Origin: Tubiluchus corallicola
Lineage: Eukaryota; Animalia; Priapulida
Reading direction: 5' to 3'
Length of the DNA stretch: 64,000 nt
NCBI GenBank assembly: GCA_030141605.1
Contig: JAQGDQ010000092.1
Location: forward strand, 62,001 to 126,000
A program made the translations under genes and the position numbers. The stretch's first letter is position 1; each line of letters starts with the position of its first letter. The notes beneath the pieces were generated by a model, which was not told the origin of the DNA, made no database searches, and worked only from the letters and a program-made list of their open reading frames with translations. Positions 60,836 through 64,000 of this stretch are shown piece by piece.

Positions 60836-63023
60836 AAAAAATTATTACTGAAACTGGCAAGCCGTTACTAGGCTACTAACACACCATACATGCTCTTAAA
60901 TGCCCGTCTTTAAGTGCTTCTTTAAATGGCTCCACCCGTTTTGTCTTCATTATGTCTTCATGTGCTTGCTCGAAACTTCGAGTAATGCTAGCTGGACAGA
61001 AAATGAGTATAGCAGTTAGCTTGATATGAAAAAATTGTCACCACTGTCTACCTCCTACTTACTATAATGATTTTCTGGTTTTGAAGTTAAAAGTATTGAT
61101 AAACAATGCTGAGTCTGTATGGAAGCCAAGCAAACTATTGAAAATCTAAGCAGTCAAAAAATGTGTGCAGATGCCAGGCCTGGTACAGTTCAATAAAGGA
61201 GGTGTGGTCTTTTCATCAAGGGCTCTCTGGTTTTTATCAATGTTGACTTTCTGTTAAACTATATATTTTTGCATAAGACAATTGCTATGTGCTGCATTTG
61301 CTAAAAATTTATTTCACTAGTTTTGTCAAGTGCTTTTATATTTATTGTAAACTCTTTTTTAAAATGGTTGATTTTGCCTCGTCACTTTTATTTTATCAAC
61401 AGTTCTCTATCTTGACAGGACATTATTCGTAACAGTCAATGTTTTTTTATATCAATCTAACATGGAGCTAATAATCTCAGTCATGATATATATATCAGTA
61501 ATATTATTCATTTGTTCAGCTATTAAATGTGTAGCAAGAACTACAAGTTATTGAAGTGCGTAACATCTGTAACGAAGATTGTTGATAAATAAAATATTAT
61601 TAGCTGACTCATTATTTTGTTTCTGATATTTAGTGGACATATAAATAAATTCTTTTGTCAAAATACTCGGCTTTCATACCACCTGTAGGTTGTAATGTAG
61701 TTAAAAATCGGCAAAAAATGCTCGCTAGATGGCCCTAGTGGAAGCAGGGTTCTCTGGAGGTGGCAAGATTAAACCAAGAAAACTATTGAAACATCGCAAG
61801 GATTTAATGGAGCATCGCACATATGTAACAATATCATTAATTCCGATTATATTTGGCTTTGACTATATCTGTGTATGTTACACGTGTATGTACGTATGCA
61901 CAAATTTGTATTCATGTAGGTTTGTATACGTATAACGTAGAAAATAAGCACACTCTTAAAAAGAGAAAGAAACAATTTACAAATGTAAAGTTTTATTTGG
62001 AGACGTCTACTCAACATTGAAATGGTAAGGATGTCAGTTGACATGCAATAACTATCCTATAAACAGGTGCGCAAAACACATGTCCAAACAGTTTCGTAAC
62101 GCATTTGTATTTGTATTATCTTTATTTAACTATAATCTTAATGTAACATCAAATTTAACGCACTGATACTACTCATACAAGTAACATATGCAAGTAGATC
62201 CATGCAAGGCTAAATTTAATACTGGGCTATTGCATCCTTAATTAAAACTCCCAGTGACGGATTGTTTAATCTTGCTAATTGTTAGGCTGTTAGAAATGCA
62301 ACCACCTAGGAAATATTTTGCAAAAGCTTGAATTTTATTTGGTTATTTGGCAATCGGGCTTTTGAATTTTTGAATATATTTACCGTCGTTTAAGATTATT
62401 GGGATCTTCTTTGGCCTTTGTAAAACATTTTATATCAAAGCATTGCCCAAAAGTATACTTAACAGTGTAAAAATTCCATAAAACTATTGTTCAGTTCATA
62501 TTTTACTTGTTGAGCCGAGAGAGAAAACGTATACGCAAACTACGGCGTTGTGGTAAAAACGGCAGACGGGCTTTAGAAGCATATCAGCGCGAAAACCGTC
62601 GTCCGTCCGTCTATTACAGGTTGCAATGTCTCAATGGAACAAACGTCGCAAAATGAAGACCTTAACAATTCAGAAAAATTGTTAGAAGGCAACATTGTAA
62701 TGACAACGGTGTATCGCTTTTTCAAAGTGACGCCAGAAGAAAACTAGATTGTCACGGTTGCTGGTGAACCTTTAAATAGATGTGCTCACTGTGGATAAAA
62801 GTTGTAGTATGCTGCCTGCGTCTATAAAGTTCCTTTTACTAGTTTGTTATTTCCTGTCATGGTTCGTAAAGCGTTAAAGAGAATAAGTGTGACTGTGAGT
62901 GGAGTATTCTCAAGTGACAAATGACATTTGTTGTCCATAATGCTATTTACGATTTGTTCTTTATAGAAACAGAAATATGGAGAAAATCTGACGTACGTTT
63001 TTTAAGTGTAATCACTCACTTTA

Positions 63024-63330
63024 CCAGTGCTACATATCGTCAGTCTATCGTTTTCCCACCATTTCGGCAGCTTAGTTTCACCAGCCTATCATTTCGATAG
63101 TCTATCTTTTCGCCAATCTATACTTCTGCTAGTCTATCGTTTCGCTAGTCTATTACTTCGCCTACTTATCATTTCGTCAGTCCACCATTTCACCAGTTTG
63201 TCTCTTCGCCAGTCTATCATTTTGCCAGTCTATCAAACGCCAGTGTATCACTTCGCCAGTTATAGTTAGAACTAGTCCATTAAGTATTTAAATAGTTGTA
63301 CACTTCGCCAGTGCATCATTTTGCCATGTA
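63024..63330. repeat. 16-bp minisatellite (consensus CCAGTCTATCATTTCG)
   Basis: More than a dozen diverged head-to-tail units. Confidence 0.9.
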
Positions 63331-64000
63331 GATTTGCATGCCATATACATCGTGTGTGACCCATTATTGGATAGACAGTTAGTTGGACTGTCACTGCCAG
63401 CGACATCGTGGTGTTCTAGTTTTGAGTAACCAAGAGTAAAGTTCAAAAGCGACGCCATAAAATTTAGGCCTTCATAGGCTATCAGACTTGCAGGCCTGAT
63501 AGGGCTAGTGTAGGTATTTACTAAGTGGCAACCATATGTTTATGGATTGCTTTTCTGGGGTGATTCAGTTCTCCAAGTGCAGTTATTTGGGTGCATTATA
63601 CTAGATTTTTCATGGGCACTACCATGTTGGGTGTTCTTTTGGATACAAAAACAGCAAACCAAGACCCGTAAATCCTGCCAAGACGAAATTTGACTAGCAG
63701 ACAGCAAAGGTGGTGGGCATATCTGACCATTAACTAGAGTCATGAACATGCATTATTCGGTAGCAACAGGAACAAATACGGCAAGGCCTCACTACGTCAT
63801 TTACCTAGGAGAGAGAAACAGGGCCATGTTGGACATTCTTCTGGCTGTAATTCAAGAACTGTAAAACCTATGAAGATGAAATATCGCCAGTGGATAATAA
63901 CCAGAACGGTGGATATTACTGCCGCGAATAAGTTGTTATAACCCTGTATTATTTAGCATTAGCAAAAATAAAGCCCTCACTATGTATGACAGTGCACTAG

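Overview
AT-rich, intron-rich animal (most likely invertebrate) genomic DNA, not prokaryotic; most short ORFs in the track are artefacts. I reconstructed three protein-coding genes by hand. (1) TMEM151 on the minus strand: a short coding exon 1 at 12050-12079 and exon 2 running off the left edge from 339; it is absent from the ORF track. (2) MLH3 on the plus strand: 11 coding exons from 25042 to 56182, all GT-AG and phase-consistent, about 1652 aa, including a 3.6-kb exon. (3) An intronless class A GPCR at 59765-60835. Introns and intergenic DNA are packed with decayed, often nested mobile elements: Gypsy split by a LINE, CR1 and I-group LINE remnants, piggyBac, Tigger/pogo inside a Helentron-like element, a twice-present THAP-exon element, several MITEs, a tRNA-Phe-derived stub and many micro- and minisatellites. 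Points of most interest: MLH3 has an intact DQHAxxExxxxE nuclease motif but Gln at the GHKL catalytic Glu position and CAHCRP instead of CAHGRP; the GPCR lacks both D2.50 and NPxxY; splice signals could join MLH3 to the GPCR exon; the piggyBac has doubled TIR cassettes at both ends; and a THAP exon lies next to a possible tyrosine-recombinase relic. I found no clear-cut new multi-gene system. All homology calls rest on motif recognition from memory, not database searches.
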